Shown here: positions 22,840 through 34,613 of the stretch, one piece after another
Position numbering within the stretch: the stretch's first letter is position 1
How the letters are laid out: the number at the start of each line of letters is the position of its first letter
Program-made: the position numbers and the translations under genes
Notes under the pieces: generated by a model
Told to the model about the DNA's origin: nothing
The model's input: the letters and a program-made list of their open reading frames with translations, nothing else
Database searches by the model: none
NCBI GenBank assembly: GCA_007280205.1
Contig: QYPX01000070.1
Coordinates: forward strand, 7-64,006
Reading direction: 5' to 3'
DNA from: Comamonadaceae bacterium
Lineage (GTDB): Bacteria; Pseudomonadota; Gammaproteobacteria; Burkholderiales; Burkholderiaceae_C
DNA: 64,000 nt

Positions 22840-23400
22840 TCAGACCGCCATGAGGTCTTGCTCTTTGGCCGCAACAAGTCTGTCGATTTCGATGATGTGG
22901 CGGTCGGTGACTTTCTGGATCTCCGCCTCCGAGCGCTTTTGATCGTCCTCAGACGCCAGTTTGTCTTTGACCGTCTTCTTGACCGCCTCATTGGCATCGC
23001 GTCGCAGGTTGCGCACCGCTATCTTGGCGGTTTCACCCTCGTGCCTGACCACCTTGGTCAATTCCTTGCGACGTTCCTCCGACATGGCAGGCATCGGAAC
23101 ACGCAGCAAATCACCCATCGACGAAGGATTGAGCCCCAGATCACTGTCTCGAATCGCTTTTTCGATTTTTGGCCCCATCCCCTTTTCCCAGGGTTGCACG
23201 CTGATGGTGCGTGCATCAAGCAGGGATACGTTGGCGACCTGGCTGATAGGTAACATGGCGCCGTAATAATCGACATGAACCGAATCCAGCAGTGCCGGAT
23301 TGGCCCGCCCGGTGCGGATCTTGCTCAGGTTGTTCTTGAAGGCAACAATGGACTGGTCCATCTTCACTTCAACCGTTGTTCTTATTTCCGTAATAGGCAC
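22840..23400 (-). CDS. frr: Ribosome recycling factor
   Basis: [24 protein letters not shown]. Confidence 0.97.
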   Translation of the reverse strand: MPITEIRTTVEVKMDQSIVAFKNNLSKIRTGRANPALLDSVHVDYYGAMLPISQVANVSLLDARTISVQPWEKGMGPKIEKAIRDSDLGLNPSSMGDLLRVPMPAMSEERRKELTKVVRHEGETAKIAVRNLRRDANEAVKKTVKDKLASEDDQKRSEAEIQKVTDRHIIEIDRLVAAKEQDLMAV

Positions 23401-23460
23401 TTTTTTCTCCTTACTAGACCTTTCGCCAATAACTGATTACTTGTGGCGATTTTGACACAG

Positions 23461-24183
23461 TCAGGCATAAACCAAGGTGCCTTCGTCTTCGCCCATCACC
23501 ACGCGCTTGAGAGCGCCGTGCTTGAAAATTGAAAACACCTTGACCGGCAATTTTTGATCTCTGCACAAAGCAAACGCGGTGGCGTCCATGATGCCTAAAT
23601 TCTTCGACATGGCCTCATCAAAGGTAATTTTGCTGTAGCGCGTGGCAGAAGAGTCTTTCTTTGGGTCGGCTGTGTAAACACCATCAACTTTGGTGGCTTT
23701 GAGGACGATTTCAGCACCGATTTCAGCCCCCCGCAACGCAGCCGCGGTATCGGTCGTGAAAAAAGGATTGCCTGTTCCGGCAGCGAAAATCACGACCTTA
23801 CCCTCTTCAAGGTATTGCAACGCCTTCGGCCTGACGTAGGGTTCAACCACCTGCTCAATCGCAATGGCAGACATGACGCGGGCCGTCAATCCGGCCTTGT
23901 TCATCGTATCACCCAGCGCGAGTGCATTCATGACGGTGGCCAGCATGCCCATGTAATCTGCCGTCGCCCGATCCATGCCAACCGAACCACCGGCCACACC
24001 ACGAAATATGTTGCCGCCTCCAATGACAACGGCGACTTCGACGCCCAAGCGCGTTACTTCAGCAACTTCTCCGACGATGCGGACAATGGTGTTCCGATTG
24101 ATGCCAAACTGATCGTCCCCCATCAATGCCTCGCCTGACAGCTTGAGCAGGATGCGCTTGTAGGCTGGTTTGGTGATTGGCAT
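23461..24183 (-). CDS. pyrH: UMP kinase
   Basis: [27 protein letters not shown]. Confidence 0.98.
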   Translation of the reverse strand: MPITKPAYKRILLKLSGEALMGDDQFGINRNTIVRIVGEVAEVTRLGVEVAVVIGGGNIFRGVAGGSVGMDRATADYMGMLATVMNALALGDTMNKAGLTARVMSAIAIEQVVEPYVRPKALQYLEEGKVVIFAAGTGNPFFTTDTAAALRGAEIGAEIVLKATKVDGVYTADPKKDSSATRYSKITFDEAMSKNLGIMDATAFALCRDQKLPVKVFSIFKHGALKRVVMGEDEGTLVYA

Positions 24184-24237
24184 ATAAATCCTTAATACGA
24201 CATCAATGGAAAACCCGTCTTCAATGGCATCAACAGA

Positions 24238-25161
24238 TCAGTTTGACTGCTTTGCCGCAGCGACCTGTGCCGCCACTTCGGCCACAAAATCGTCGACTTT
24301 CTTGGCAATACCCTCACCAACGACATACAAGGTAAAGCCCTTCACAACGGTATCAGAGGATTTGAGCATCTGCTCAACCGTGAGTTTGTCGTTCTTCACG
24401 AAGGATTGATTGAACAATGACACCTCGCGCAGGAATTTTTGCACACTGCCGTCAATACGCTTGTTGACGATCTCTGCTGACTGCACGGGCTTGCCAGCAG
24501 CCGTCGCTACCGCTGCATCCTCAGCCGCCTTGGCGGCGGCGACGGACCGCTCTCTGGCGACCAGTTCGGCCGGCACATCGGCGCTTGACAAAGCAACAGG
24601 CTTCATTGCTGCAACATGCATGGCCACGTCCCTGGCAGCAAGCTCACTGCCTGTATATTCGACCACCACGCCAATCCGGGTGCCATGCAGATAGGACGCC
24701 AGCTTGTCGCCAGTGGCAAACCGCTTGAAACGGCGAAAACTCATGTTTTCACCAATCTTGCCGATCAAGCCTTTGCGCACATCTTCCAGAGTCGGTCCAA
24801 AACCGTCCTGCGCATAGGGCAAGGCCCCCAAAGCAGCCAGATCGGCGGGATTATTCTTTGCAATCAGCAAGGCACCGGCGTTGGCCAGTGCCAGGAAGCT
24901 GTCGTTCTTGGTAACGAAATCAGTTTCACAGTTCACTTCAAGCAGGGCTCCGACGGTACCATCGATAAAACTCGTGACCACGCCTTCGGCGGTAATTCTT
25001 CCAGCAGCCTTCCCGGCTTTGCTGCCAAGTTTCACACGCAGCAGTTCTTCAGCCTTTGCCATGTCACCTTGCGCCTCGGTCAGCGCACGTTTGCACTCCA
25101 TCATGGGCGCGTCAGTCTTGCTACGCAGTTCAGCAACCATGCTCGCGGTAATTGCAGCCAT
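24238..25161 (-). CDS. tsf: Elongation factor Ts
   Basis: [30 protein letters not shown]. Confidence 0.98.
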   Translation of the reverse strand: MAAITASMVAELRSKTDAPMMECKRALTEAQGDMAKAEELLRVKLGSKAGKAAGRITAEGVVTSFIDGTVGALLEVNCETDFVTKNDSFLALANAGALLIAKNNPADLAALGALPYAQDGFGPTLEDVRKGLIGKIGENMSFRRFKRFATGDKLASYLHGTRIGVVVEYTGSELAARDVAMHVAAMKPVALSSADVPAELVARERSVAAAKAAEDAAVATAAGKPVQSAEIVNKRIDGSVQKFLREVSLFNQSFVKNDKLTVEQMLKSSDTVVKGFTLYVVGEGIAKKVDDFVAEVAAQVAAAKQSN

Positions 25162-25202
25162 TTTGATTCTCCGTACTCAATTCACAAAATTAAAAAACGA
25201 CC

Positions 25203-25230
25203 AAAAAAAGGGGCACGAAAGCCCCCTTTA
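25203..25230 (-). terminator. rpsB-tsf intercistronic terminator/attenuator
   Basis: Minus strand GGGGC-TTTCGT-GCCCC followed by a T7 tract. Confidence 0.75.
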
Positions 25231-25247
25231 TTGGGGATAGGGGCGAC

Positions 25248-26000
25248 TCAGACAGCAGTCTCATCCACTTCAACAAATTCATCGGCGGTCTCAGCAGCTA
25301 TGGCTTTGACCACATCATCAACCATATTGGTCCGGCCTTCGATGATGGCGTCAGCAATGCCGCGCGCATACAGAACGACCGCCTTGGACGAGTCATCATT
25401 ACCAGGTATGACATAGTCAATGCCTTCAGGCGAGTGATTCGTATCAACCACCGCAACCAGGGGAATGCCCAGCTTCTTGGCTTCCGCAATCGCAATCTTA
25501 TGAAAGCCGACATCAATCACAAAAATGGCATCCGGCAAGACCGTCATATCCTGAATGCCGCCAATGTCTCTTTCGAGTTTGGCCAGTTCACGGGCAAACA
25601 TCAGCTGTTCTTTCTTGCTGAGACTGTCAAGCCCGGCTTCTTGCTGGATCTTCATGTCTTTCAGTCGCTTGATGGAGGTCTTGACGGTCTTGAAGTTGGT
25701 CAGCATGCCGCCCAACCAGCGCTGATCAACGTACGGAACACCAGCGCGCTTGGCTTCCTCAGCCACAGTTTCCCGCGCCTGCCGCTTGGTCCCGACCATC
25801 AGCACCGTTCCGCGTTTAGCGGAAATCTGGCGCACAAACTTGGCCGCTTCCTGGAACATCGGCAGCGATTTTTCCAGATTGATAATGTGAATCTTGTTGC
25901 GATGGCCAAAAATGAACGGGGCCATCTTGGGGTTCCAGAAACGCGTCTGATGGCCAAAATGGACACCCGCTTCCAGCATTTCGCGCATGGTTACTGACAT
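25248..26000 (-). CDS. rpsB: 30S ribosomal protein S2
   Basis: [27 protein letters not shown]; start at MSVT (26000). Confidence 0.98.
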   Translation of the reverse strand: MSVTMREMLEAGVHFGHQTRFWNPKMAPFIFGHRNKIHIINLEKSLPMFQEAAKFVRQISAKRGTVLMVGTKRQARETVAEEAKRAGVPYVDQRWLGGMLTNFKTVKTSIKRLKDMKIQQEAGLDSLSKKEQLMFARELAKLERDIGGIQDMTVLPDAIFVIDVGFHKIAIAEAKKLGIPLVAVVDTNHSPEGIDYVIPGNDDSSKAVVLYARGIADAIIEGRTNMVDDVVKAIAAETADEFVEVDETAV

Positions 26001-26135
26001 ATTCAACTCCAAAGGTTAGGTCTAAAATCCAGTTTGTTTTGCAATCCTGAAGACGAAAGCGCCCTCAGTTGTCGCAACACCTTGAATAAACTGGTTTGCT
26101 GATTTGTTCGGCAAGCAGCCACTTTGGCCCCTCCG
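26001..26135 (-). ncRNA. rpsB 5' leader (t44/S2 autoregulatory element-like)
   Basis: Stem CCAGTTT(26029-35)/AAACTGG(26088-94) in the leader. Position matches the known S2 autogenous control element. Boundaries approximate. Confidence 0.55.
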
Positions 26136-26147
26136 CAGAACCCAAGG

Positions 26148-26158
26148 ACTATAGCACA
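26148..26158 (-). promoter_or_regulatory. Extended -10 promoter of rpsB
   Basis: Minus strand TGTGCTATAGT, similar to the conserved rpsB TGTG-extended -10. Confidence 0.6.
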
Positions 26159-26173
26159 GACCGACCGCTTTTC

Positions 26174-27505
26174 ATGTTGCCAGACCTTCACACCTCCTTG
26201 CAAAAACAGCGCATCAGCCAGATAGACCCCATTGCCGAAATGGAGCAGTCGATTGCCGCGGCGCAGTCCGAACGTTGCAAGCATGTGTTTCTCAGCACGG
26301 ACTTTGACCAGGCGCGCGCGGTTGCGGCTGACCCCGGCTCGGCACGAAAGCCATTAGCCGGGCTTGCGGTCTCGATCAAGGACCTGTTCGACGTGGCAGG
26401 GCAAACCACCAGCGCCGGGTCACTGGTTCTGCGCGACGCTTTGCCGGCGCTCAGGGACAGCACGGCGGTGGAGCGACTCCGCCAGGCGGGTGCAGCTTTC
26501 CTAGGACGCACCAACATGGCCGAGTTTGCTTTCTCGGGAGTTGGCATCAACCCCCACTTCGGCACTCCACACAATCCCGCGGCCACTGATGTCCCGCGCA
26601 TTCCTGGCGGATCATCCTCTGGCGCCGCTGTGTCTGTCGCAACCGGTGCAGCGTTCATCGGTCTGGGATCCGATACCGGCGGCTCGATCCGGATTCCCGC
26701 GGCGCTCTGCGGTGTTGTCGGCTTCAAGAGCACGGCCAGACTGGTTCCAGCCGATGGCGTGCTGCCCCTGTCCAGCACGCTCGATACGGTCTGCGCCCTC
26801 ACCCGCTCCGTGCATGACGCCATGCTGACCCACGAAATCCTGGCGCAGCGGCGCGTAGTGCGCAGTCCGGCGCCCCTGTCAGCCTACCGCCTGGGTATTG
26901 CCAATGCCGTCATGCTGGACGGCCTGGACCGAACGGTCTCTCAGGCCTGGCACCGGACTCTGACGCTACTGCGCCGCGCCGGCGCCCGCATCGAGGATAT
27001 CGCGCTGACGGAGATCAATGAACTGCAGCAGATTCAAGCCAGTGGCGGTTTTTCCGCCGCTGAGAGCTACGCCTGGCACCACCAACTTCTGGCCAACCAG
27101 AAGGCATCCTACGATCCCCGAGTCGCCGCACGGATCGAACGGGGCGCCAGCATGAGCGCGCGTGACTACATTGAGTTGCTGCTCGCACGTCGCAACTGGA
27201 TTGACAGGATGGAGCATCGTTTGCAAGGTTTTGATGCAGTGTTATCGCCCACCGTTGCAGTGGTGGCAGCTCCGATTTCGGATATAGCCCCTGGCGCTCA
27301 ACGTGATGATGCGTTTTTTCGTACCAATTCCCTGTTACTGAGAAACACCAGTGTTATCAACATGCTCGATGGCTGCGCCATTTCTATCCCATGCCACGCC
27401 AGTGGCGAATTACCGGTTGGCTTGATGGTTTGGGCTGGCGCCCTGCAAGACGACTCAGTGCTCAATATAGCGCTTGAAATTGAACACTTGCTTCGACAGT
27501 TCTGA
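26174..27505 (+). CDS. Amidase signature (AS) family amidase
   Basis: SIKDLFD, PGGSSSG, GSDTGGSIRIPA (Lys-Ser-Ser triad). Confidence 0.9.
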   Translation: MLPDLHTSLQKQRISQIDPIAEMEQSIAAAQSERCKHVFLSTDFDQARAVAADPGSARKPLAGLAVSIKDLFDVAGQTTSAGSLVLRDALPALRDSTAVERLRQAGAAFLGRTNMAEFAFSGVGINPHFGTPHNPAATDVPRIPGGSSSGAAVSVATGAAFIGLGSDTGGSIRIPAALCGVVGFKSTARLVPADGVLPLSSTLDTVCALTRSVHDAMLTHEILAQRRVVRSPAPLSAYRLGIANAVMLDGLDRTVSQAWHRTLTLLRRAGARIEDIALTEINELQQIQASGGFSAAESYAWHHQLLANQKASYDPRVAARIERGASMSARDYIELLLARRNWIDRMEHRLQGFDAVLSPTVAVVAAPISDIAPGAQRDDAFFRTNSLLLRNTSVINMLDGCAISIPCHASGELPVGLMVWAGALQDDSVLNIALEIEHLLRQF

Positions 27506-27547
27506 CCCCGGTGGCGTCGGATGTGGCAGGTTTGAACAGAGGAATTC

Positions 27548-28789
27548 ATGAAGATTGCAGTCATTGGCGCCGGCATTATTGGCGTGACAACGGCCTACGA
27601 GTTGGCCTGCGACGGCCATCAGGTCTGTGTACTGGAGCGCCGGGGTGCTGCCGCCGAGGAAGCCAGCTTTGCCAACGCGGGCCTGGTCGCACCGGGATAC
27701 GTCACGCCATGGGCAGCGCCCGGCATGCCGGGCAAGGTCTTGGGGCATTTGTTGAGTCGTTACGCACCGGTCAAGGTCAGCTTGCCGCTGTCCCGTCGCG
27801 ATCTGATCTGGATGTGGAAGTTTTATCGTGCCTGCAAACTTGATACCTATCTGGTGCATCGCTCGCAACTTCAACGTCTGGCGTTCTACAGTCGGGAACG
27901 GCTGCACGACATTACCTCTACTCTGAAACTGGACTATGAACGCAGCGATGGCTACATGGTGTTGTTGCGCTCCGCCCGGGACAGCAAGATGGTGCAACCC
28001 GGACTGCAGGTGCTGCGTGATGCTGGTGTGACCTTCAAGGAAATCAGCGCGGCCGACGCGCGAAAAGTTGAACCAGCGCTCAATCCTGACATGGTTTTCC
28101 ATGGTGCCATACATTTGCCCGACGACGAGGTAGGAAACTGTCGGCAGTTCGCACTGATGTTGAAGAGTGAAGCACAACGTCGTGGCGTCGAGTTTTCCTT
28201 CAACACCGACGTCATCAACGTCAGCGGCAACATGGGCGTGGCGGTAAACGTCGCCGGAGAAAGCCTGCCTCGGTCCTTCGACGCAGCCGTGGTTTGCGCC
28301 GGCATCGACTCGGTCCGGTTGTTGAAGCCCCTGGGTTTGAGCATTCCCTTGACGGCGGTCCACGGCTACTCGATCAGTGCAGCAATACGCGAACCGATCA
28401 ACTCGCCCATCAGTGCGGTCATGGATGAACGCTACAAGGTGGCAATTTCGCGTCTTGGTAACCGCGTCAGAGTGGCCGGCAGCGCGGAGATTGGCGGCTC
28501 GATTGACAGGAAGCGACCAAGTTCGCTGCAAACCCTGTACAAGGTTTTGCATGACTGGTTTCCCGGTGCCGCCAGCCTCTCGAACGGCGTTCAGGAATGG
28601 AAGGGTGCACGACCGATGCTGCCCGATGGCCCCCCGATGGTGGGTGCCAGCGGCATTACTGGAATCTGGCTCAATCTTGGACACGGCTCCAGCGGTTGGG
28701 CGCTGAGTTGCGGCTCAGCCAGGATCCTGTCCGACCTGATTGGCGGAAAGAAACCGGATTTGGATCCGACCGACTACGCAGCCCAGTGA
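27548..28789 (+). CDS. dadA: D-amino acid dehydrogenase (DadA-like)
   Basis: IGAGIIG FAD motif, SFANAG, GARPMLPDGPP, GHGSSGW. Confidence 0.82.
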   Translation: MKIAVIGAGIIGVTTAYELACDGHQVCVLERRGAAAEEASFANAGLVAPGYVTPWAAPGMPGKVLGHLLSRYAPVKVSLPLSRRDLIWMWKFYRACKLDTYLVHRSQLQRLAFYSRERLHDITSTLKLDYERSDGYMVLLRSARDSKMVQPGLQVLRDAGVTFKEISAADARKVEPALNPDMVFHGAIHLPDDEVGNCRQFALMLKSEAQRRGVEFSFNTDVINVSGNMGVAVNVAGESLPRSFDAAVVCAGIDSVRLLKPLGLSIPLTAVHGYSISAAIREPINSPISAVMDERYKVAISRLGNRVRVAGSAEIGGSIDRKRPSSLQTLYKVLHDWFPGAASLSNGVQEWKGARPMLPDGPPMVGASGITGIWLNLGHGSSGWALSCGSARILSDLIGGKKPDLDPTDYAAQ

Positions 28790-28901
28790 CTACGCGCATA
28801 ATCCTGCAAAAGTTCGCAGTCGCGCCCAGACAACCCCATCATTTTTGCTTGACGTCGTTTTTTGAGATGCCCCGCTATTTTCATAATTTTCAGGACAGGC
28901 T

Positions 28902-29789
28902 ATGAAGGTCAAATTCTGGGGCGTGCGCGGTTCCATCGCTTCTCCCGGCCCGGCCACCGCCTATTACGGTGGCAACACAACCTGCATCGAAGTACGCACC
29001 GACAGCGATGAACTGATCATCATCGACGCGGGTACCGGTATTTTTCCGCTGTCCCAAACCCTGCTCGGCGAAATGCCTCTGACCGCCAACGTACTGATTT
29101 CTCATACACACTGGGACCATATTCAGGGTTTGCCGTTTTTTGCGCCCAACTTTATTCCCGGCAACCTGATGCGCCTGCATGGCGCCTACGACCCGGTCGC
29201 CGGCAAAGGCGTCGAGCAGGTGATGTCGGTTCAGTTGCAGTACAGCTATTTCCCGGTGCGCGAAGCGGAGATGAAAGCACGCATTGAATATGTGACACTC
29301 ACCCCAGAAGAAAGTATTCGTATCGGTTCAGCCACCATCACGCCCTTTTTGATGAACCACCCCGTCGTCAATTTTGGATACCGAATTGAAGCCAACGGAA
29401 AGTCGATTTTCTTTACCGGCGATCACGAACCCCCGCATAATATTTACGAACCAACTGACAAGGAACATGCCGAGTACCAGATTCTGGTTGACCAACGACA
29501 CCATGCCATTCTTGACGCCATGCGCGGGGTCAATGTGCTGATTGCAGACTGTTCCTATACAGAACAGGAATATCCTGCCAAGAAGGGTTGGGGCCACGGA
29601 ACTTTCAGCTCAAGCATTCAATATGCCTTGCATGCCGGGGCGCAGGTTCTGTTTTGCACTCACCATGAACCCACTCGAAGTGACGCAGCGCTGGATGCCG
29701 TCTTTCAGAAGGTTCTGGCCGACCATCCTCCGCACCCGGGCGGGCCGGACTATCGACTGGCTCGGGAAGGGGAAAGTTACGAGTTTTAA
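28902..29789 (+). CDS. MBL-fold metallo-hydrolase (phosphodiesterase-like)
   Basis: GVRGS, DAGTG, HTHWDH, GDHE, WGH, THH motifs. Confidence 0.85.
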   Translation: MKVKFWGVRGSIASPGPATAYYGGNTTCIEVRTDSDELIIIDAGTGIFPLSQTLLGEMPLTANVLISHTHWDHIQGLPFFAPNFIPGNLMRLHGAYDPVAGKGVEQVMSVQLQYSYFPVREAEMKARIEYVTLTPEESIRIGSATITPFLMNHPVVNFGYRIEANGKSIFFTGDHEPPHNIYEPTDKEHAEYQILVDQRHHAILDAMRGVNVLIADCSYTEQEYPAKKGWGHGTFSSSIQYALHAGAQVLFCTHHEPTRSDAALDAVFQKVLADHPPHPGGPDYRLAREGESYEF

Positions 29790-29794
29790 GCCCT

Positions 29795-31246
29795 GTGCAA
29801 AAAGTTGACTTCCGCCAGCGCCACGCCTTGTACGGCGTTGAGGCAACGCGCCGCATGGAAGGCTTGGCGCAAACCGCCTTGCCACTTCACACACTGATGC
29901 AACGCGCTGGAATGGCGGTGGCCCAGCTCGCCATGGCGATTGCCCCGCACAGCAGGCGGATCTGGATTGCCTGTGGTCCCGGCAACAATGGTGGTGACGG
30001 CCTGGAGGCGGCGCTTCACCTCACGCGCTGGGGCAAGTCGGTCCTTGTCACTTGGCTGGGCAAACCTGACACTGTGCAACCAGACACTGCGGCATCCTAT
30101 GCACGCGCCTGCGCAGCAGGTATCGATTTCACCGAAGGACCTCCGTCCGACTTTGATTGTTGTATCGACGCCCTGTTGGGTGTTGGTGGCAGCCGTGCTC
30201 CGCAAGGGACCATGGCGGACTGGATAGAACACATCAACCACAGTTCTGCAACCGTTCTGGCAGTAGACATTCCAACCGGACTGCTCGCAGATTCTGGCGC
30301 GGTGATGCAACACTGCGTCAAAGCCGATCACACACTGAGCCTGCTCACACTCAAGCCAGGACTTTTCACGGCCCATGGGCGAGACAGTTCGGGGACAGTG
30401 TGGCTCGATGACCTGGCGGTCTCGCAATGCAACATCACCGAAGAAGTCTTAGCTCCAGAGGCCTGGCTGGCCGGTGCACCGGTTGACACACCGCGACTTC
30501 ACGCATCACACAAAGGTAGCTTTGGTGACGTTGCCGTGGTTGGCGGCGCGCCCGGCATGACGGGCGCGGCCCTGCTGGCTGCATCTGCGGCCCTTCACGC
30601 AGGCGCCGGGCGGGTATTTGTCGGCCTGCTCCAGCGCAACGACCCTGCCTTCGACACGCAGCGCCCTGAGCTGATGTTCAGGGCTGTCGATTCCCTCGAT
30701 TTCAGATTGATGACGGTCGTGGCAGGCTGCGGCGGCGGTGATGCCGTGCGCGAGCCATTGGCAAGGATACTGGCAAGCTCTGCTGCCCTCGTGATTGACG
30801 CGGATGCCCTCAATTCCCTCGCCAGTGACACCCAATTGCAGACTTTGTTGTGCCAGCGCGCTACTCGCCAGCTGAGCACGGTACTCACCCCGCACCCCCT
30901 TGAAGCCGCCCGATTGATGAACAGCAGTGCGCAACATGTGCAATCCAATCGACTGCAGGTCGCCGGGGAATTGTCACGGCGCTTCAACTGCACGGTCGTT
31001 CTCAAGGGCTCAGGCACGATCATCGCGTCACCCGGACAGACGCCTGTCATCAATCCGACGGGCAATGCCAGATTGGCCACTGCCGGCACCGGTGATGTCC
31101 TTGCCGGAATGATAGGCGCGCGGCTGGCGGCTCAGCGGACCTCTTTCCTGGCTGCCTGCGACGCCGTCTATTGGCATGGTCTGTCTGCGGACCGATGGCC
31201 CGCGCAAATCCCGTTGACCGCTGGAGCGCTGTCGAACTGCGCCTAG
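29795..31246 (+). CDS. nnr: Bifunctional NAD(P)HX epimerase/dehydratase (YjeF)
   Basis: GPGNNGGDG, DIPTG, HKGSFG, DADAL, LTPHPLEAARL, GTGDVLAG. Confidence 0.93.
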   Translation: MQKVDFRQRHALYGVEATRRMEGLAQTALPLHTLMQRAGMAVAQLAMAIAPHSRRIWIACGPGNNGGDGLEAALHLTRWGKSVLVTWLGKPDTVQPDTAASYARACAAGIDFTEGPPSDFDCCIDALLGVGGSRAPQGTMADWIEHINHSSATVLAVDIPTGLLADSGAVMQHCVKADHTLSLLTLKPGLFTAHGRDSSGTVWLDDLAVSQCNITEEVLAPEAWLAGAPVDTPRLHASHKGSFGDVAVVGGAPGMTGAALLAASAALHAGAGRVFVGLLQRNDPAFDTQRPELMFRAVDSLDFRLMTVVAGCGGGDAVREPLARILASSAALVIDADALNSLASDTQLQTLLCQRATRQLSTVLTPHPLEAARLMNSSAQHVQSNRLQVAGELSRRFNCTVVLKGSGTIIASPGQTPVINPTGNARLATAGTGDVLAGMIGARLAAQRTSFLAACDAVYWHGLSADRWPAQIPLTAGALSNCA

Positions 31247-31299
31247 TCAATCGGTACTTGCAACCTGCATCGCGCTTTGCCAGACTGAAAGCGACGAGT

Positions 31300-32055
31300 T
31301 CAGCCTCGGCCGGCGAACGGCATCTTGGTCGCCATTACCGTGTGGAACATGACATTCGCTTCCAGCGGCAGGTTGGCCATGTAGAGTACTGATTGACCGA
31401 CTATGTTGACATCCATCGTTGGTTCAACCGCTATCTCACCGTTGGCCTGTTCAATGCCCGCCGTCATCCGCTGCACCATCTCGGTAGCTGCATTGCCTAC
31501 GTCGATCTGACCAACGGCTATATCGTACTGGCGGCCATCCAGAGAAGCGGTCTTGGTCAGGCCTTTGACCGCATGCTTGGTTGCCGTGTAGGCTATCGAG
31601 TTGGGGCGCGGTGTGGTTGCCGAAATAGACCCGTTGTTGATGATTCGCCCACCACGTGGCGTTTGCGACTTCATCACCCGAAAAGCCTGCTGCAGACAAA
31701 GAAACATTCCCGTCAGGTTGATGTCCACGACGTACTTCCACTGCGCCAGCGTCAAGTCTTCCAGTGGGATGGCCGGTGCGCCAACCCCGGCGTTGTTGAA
31801 CAAAACATCGACGCGGCCAAATTGCGCAACCGCCGTATCAAACAACGCCCTCACCGATTCAGGATCAGACACGTCAGTCGGCACGGCGAGGCCGTTTTCG
31901 CCCGCACCACCAAGCGTTAGCACTTCGGCCAGCGGTCCCGGACGTCGGCCAGCCAGCACGACCCGATACCCATCCTTAAGTAAAGCCAGGGCCGCAGCCC
32001 TGCCAATACCAGTGCCCGCACCCGTCACAATCGCGACCTTCGAACTTGAAATCAT
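31300..32055 (-). CDS. Short-chain dehydrogenase/reductase
   Basis: [17 protein letters not shown]; start at MISS (32055). Confidence 0.9.
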   Translation of the reverse strand: MISSSKVAIVTGAGTGIGRAAALALLKDGYRVVLAGRRPGPLAEVLTLGGAGENGLAVPTDVSDPESVRALFDTAVAQFGRVDVLFNNAGVGAPAIPLEDLTLAQWKYVVDINLTGMFLCLQQAFRVMKSQTPRGGRIINNGSISATTPRPNSIAYTATKHAVKGLTKTASLDGRQYDIAVGQIDVGNAATEMVQRMTAGIEQANGEIAVEPTMDVNIVGQSVLYMANLPLEANVMFHTVMATKMPFAGRG

Positions 32056-32086
32056 GTTCTTTCCTGAAAATGGATGCCCGGTCCGT

Positions 32087-34402
32087 TCAAGACCGGCGAC
32101 GTGATTTATGGCCTTTTTCCTTGCCCTTGACGCCAACCGGCCTGGCACTTGTTTTGGGTAGCCTTGCGCCCGATTTTGACACGCGCGCCAAGGGTTCGGA
32201 GACCTTCCTGGTGGCACGCTTGGCCCCCGATCGGTCCGGTTCGTCGCTGCTGTCATCCGGACCGCGATCCACACGCACAGCCTCTTTGTCTTTCATCGCC
32301 CGTGCGACCAGAGCCTCGCCTTCATGCACCAGGAGAAAATCAATCCGGCGGCCATCCAGATCAACCCGACTAACCTGCACCTTGACTCGCGAACCGATCG
32401 CGTAACGCATGCCGGTGCGCTCGCCACGCAGCTCCTGTCGTGCTTCATCAAAACGATAGTACTCACCACCCAGTTCGGTGATGTGCACCAATCCTTCCAC
32501 GTACATGGCGTCGAGGGTGACGAATATTCCGAAACTCGTCACCGAACTCACGACCCCTGCGTACTCCTCGCCAAGGTGCTCACGCATGTACTTGCACTTG
32601 AGCCAAGCCTCGACGTCCCGGCTGGCCTCATCGGCACGCCGCTCGTTGGCGCTGCAATGCAGGCCGGCTGCCAGCCAGCCCTGGGCTTCATGACTGAGTT
32701 TTTTGGTTTTTTGTCCCGGCTCGGCAACACGCGCGGCCAGCCCTTTTTCAAGTCGCCGTGTCAGCTTCGCGTGGGCTTCGCCGGGAATCGGAAGTACTGG
32801 CAACTGGTACTTGGTCTTGGCCAGAATGGCTTTAATGACCCGGTGTACCAGCAGATCAGGATAACGTCGAATAGGGCTTGTGAAATGCGTGTAGGCATCA
32901 AATGCCAAACCAAAATGTCCCTTGTTCACCGGCGTGTAAATCGCCTGTTGCATGGAGCGCAAGAGCATGGAATGAATCTGCTGCGCGTCCGGTCTGTCCT
33001 TGGTTGCACCGGCAATGGCCTGAAATTCGCCTGGGCTGGGGTTGTCGCTGACGTTTAGTGCGATGCCCGTCGCTTTCAGATAGTTTCGAAGAAGTTCGAT
33101 CTTTTCGGGTGTCGGACCTTCATGCACCCTGAACAGGCCGGCGTGCTTGCTCTGGCCAATATAGTCGGCACTGCAGACATTGGCTGCCAGCATGGCCTCT
33201 TCAATCAGTTTGTGCGCATCGTTGCGTGTACGCGGCACGATTTTCTCAATACGGCCTGTCTCGTCACACACGATCTGCGTCTCGACCGTCTCAAAGTCGA
33301 CCGCTCCGCGGCGCACGCGCGACTTGTGCAGTGCCTCATAGACACCGTGCAGATTGATCAGATCCGTCACCCTGTCCTGATGTTTTACAGCCTCCAGCCC
33401 GCGCGTATTGGCCAGGATAGCTGCAACCTCGGTATAGGTAAAGCGTGCGTGACTCCAGATGACGGCCGGATAAAACTGATAAGCCGACACCTCACCCTCG
33501 ACACTCACCATCATGTCGCACACCATACACAAACGTTCGACTTCAGGATTGAGTGAACACAGCCCATTGGACAGCTTCTCGGGCAGCATCGGGATCACGC
33601 GGCGTGGAAAGTAGACACTGGTCGCGCGGTCATAGGCTTCAACATCGATGGCCGATCCGTTTTCCACATAGTGACTGACATCGGCAATCGCGACCAGCAA
33701 ACGCCAGCCCTGCTCGGCAGACTTTCCTTTGCCGATTTTCACTGGCTCACAATAAACGGCGTCATCGAAATCACGCGCATCTTCCCCATCGATCGTGACA
33801 AGTGGCACGTCGGTCAGATCGACACGATGCAACTTGTCGCCCGTTCGCACCTTCTCCGGCAGCGTGCGGGCCAGCGCAATGGAGGCCGCAGAGAATTCAT
33901 GCGGCACGCCATACTTGCGCACCGCAATTTCGATCTCCATACCCGGATCATCGACTTCGCCAAGCACCTCAGTGACACGCCCTACCGGCTGGCCATACAG
34001 CGAAGGGGCTTCGGTCAATTCAACGACAACGACTTGCCCCGCCTTGCCGGCTCCGGTTGCAGCCTTCGGAATCAGTACGTCCTGACCGTAACGCTTGTCC
34101 TCCGGAACCATGATCCAGATGCCGCTCTCGAGCAAGAGGCGGCCAATGATCGAATCATTGGTCCGTTCGACGATTTCGAGCACACGGCCTTCGGGGCGTC
34201 CCTTGCGGTCACTGCGCACGATACGGACCCTGACGCGGTCCTTGTGCAACACGGCACGCATTTCGTTGGGCGGCAAATAGATATCAGACTCACCGTCATC
34301 ACGGGAAACAAACCCGTGACCGTCACGATGACCTTGAACCGTTCCTTCAACTTCGTCCAGCAGGCCGCTGGTTTGGCTGGTATTTTTGATACAATCACTC
34401 AC
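32087..34402 (-). CDS. rnr: Ribonuclease R (start codon uncertain)
   Basis: Cold-shock domains (GHRDGHGF), [26 protein letters not shown]1 domain, basic tail. Confidence 0.95.
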   Translation of the reverse strand: MSDCIKNTSQTSGLLDEVEGTVQGHRDGHGFVSRDDGESDIYLPPNEMRAVLHKDRVRVRIVRSDRKGRPEGRVLEIVERTNDSIIGRLLLESGIWIMVPEDKRYGQDVLIPKAATGAGKAGQVVVVELTEAPSLYGQPVGRVTEVLGEVDDPGMEIEIAVRKYGVPHEFSAASIALARTLPEKVRTGDKLHRVDLTDVPLVTIDGEDARDFDDAVYCEPVKIGKGKSAEQGWRLLVAIADVSHYVENGSAIDVEAYDRATSVYFPRRVIPMLPEKLSNGLCSLNPEVERLCMVCDMMVSVEGEVSAYQFYPAVIWSHARFTYTEVAAILANTRGLEAVKHQDRVTDLINLHGVYEALHKSRVRRGAVDFETVETQIVCDETGRIEKIVPRTRNDAHKLIEEAMLAANVCSADYIGQSKHAGLFRVHEGPTPEKIELLRNYLKATGIALNVSDNPSPGEFQAIAGATKDRPDAQQIHSMLLRSMQQAIYTPVNKGHFGLAFDAYTHFTSPIRRYPDLLVHRVIKAILAKTKYQLPVLPIPGEAHAKLTRRLEKGLAARVAEPGQKTKKLSHEAQGWLAAGLHCSANERRADEASRDVEAWLKCKYMREHLGEEYAGVVSSVTSFGIFVTLDAMYVEGLVHITELGGEYYRFDEARQELRGERTGMRYAIGSRVKVQVSRVDLDGRRIDFLLVHEGEALVARAMKDKEAVRVDRGPDDSSDEPDRSGAKRATRKVSEPLARVSKSGARLPKTSARPVGVKGKEKGHKSRRRS

Positions 34403-34413
34403 TTTCCTGAGAT

Positions 34414-34498
<85 letters not shown>

Positions 34499-34553
34499 AT
34501 ATAGTTGAAATCCGGTAGACTTTGACAAGCTTTCCGGGATGTTTTTTGCTTAC

Positions 34554-34584
34554 AAGCCGCTTGACTCCAGGCGGCTTTTTTGTT
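34554..34584 (+). terminator. Intrinsic terminator after tRNA-Leu
   Basis: AAGCCGC-N10-GCGGCTT followed by a T tract. A second hairpin, GCCTGCTG-AAA-CAGCAGGC, lies next to the rimO stop. Confidence 0.75.
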
Positions 34585-34613
34585 GTCCTGCAGCCTGCTG
34601 AAACAGCAGGCCT

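Noticed and set aside
27455-28684. 409-aa minus-strand ORF antisense to dadA (similar cases at 41135-42193 and 49122-50006)
   Set aside because: Antisense shadows of well-supported genes.
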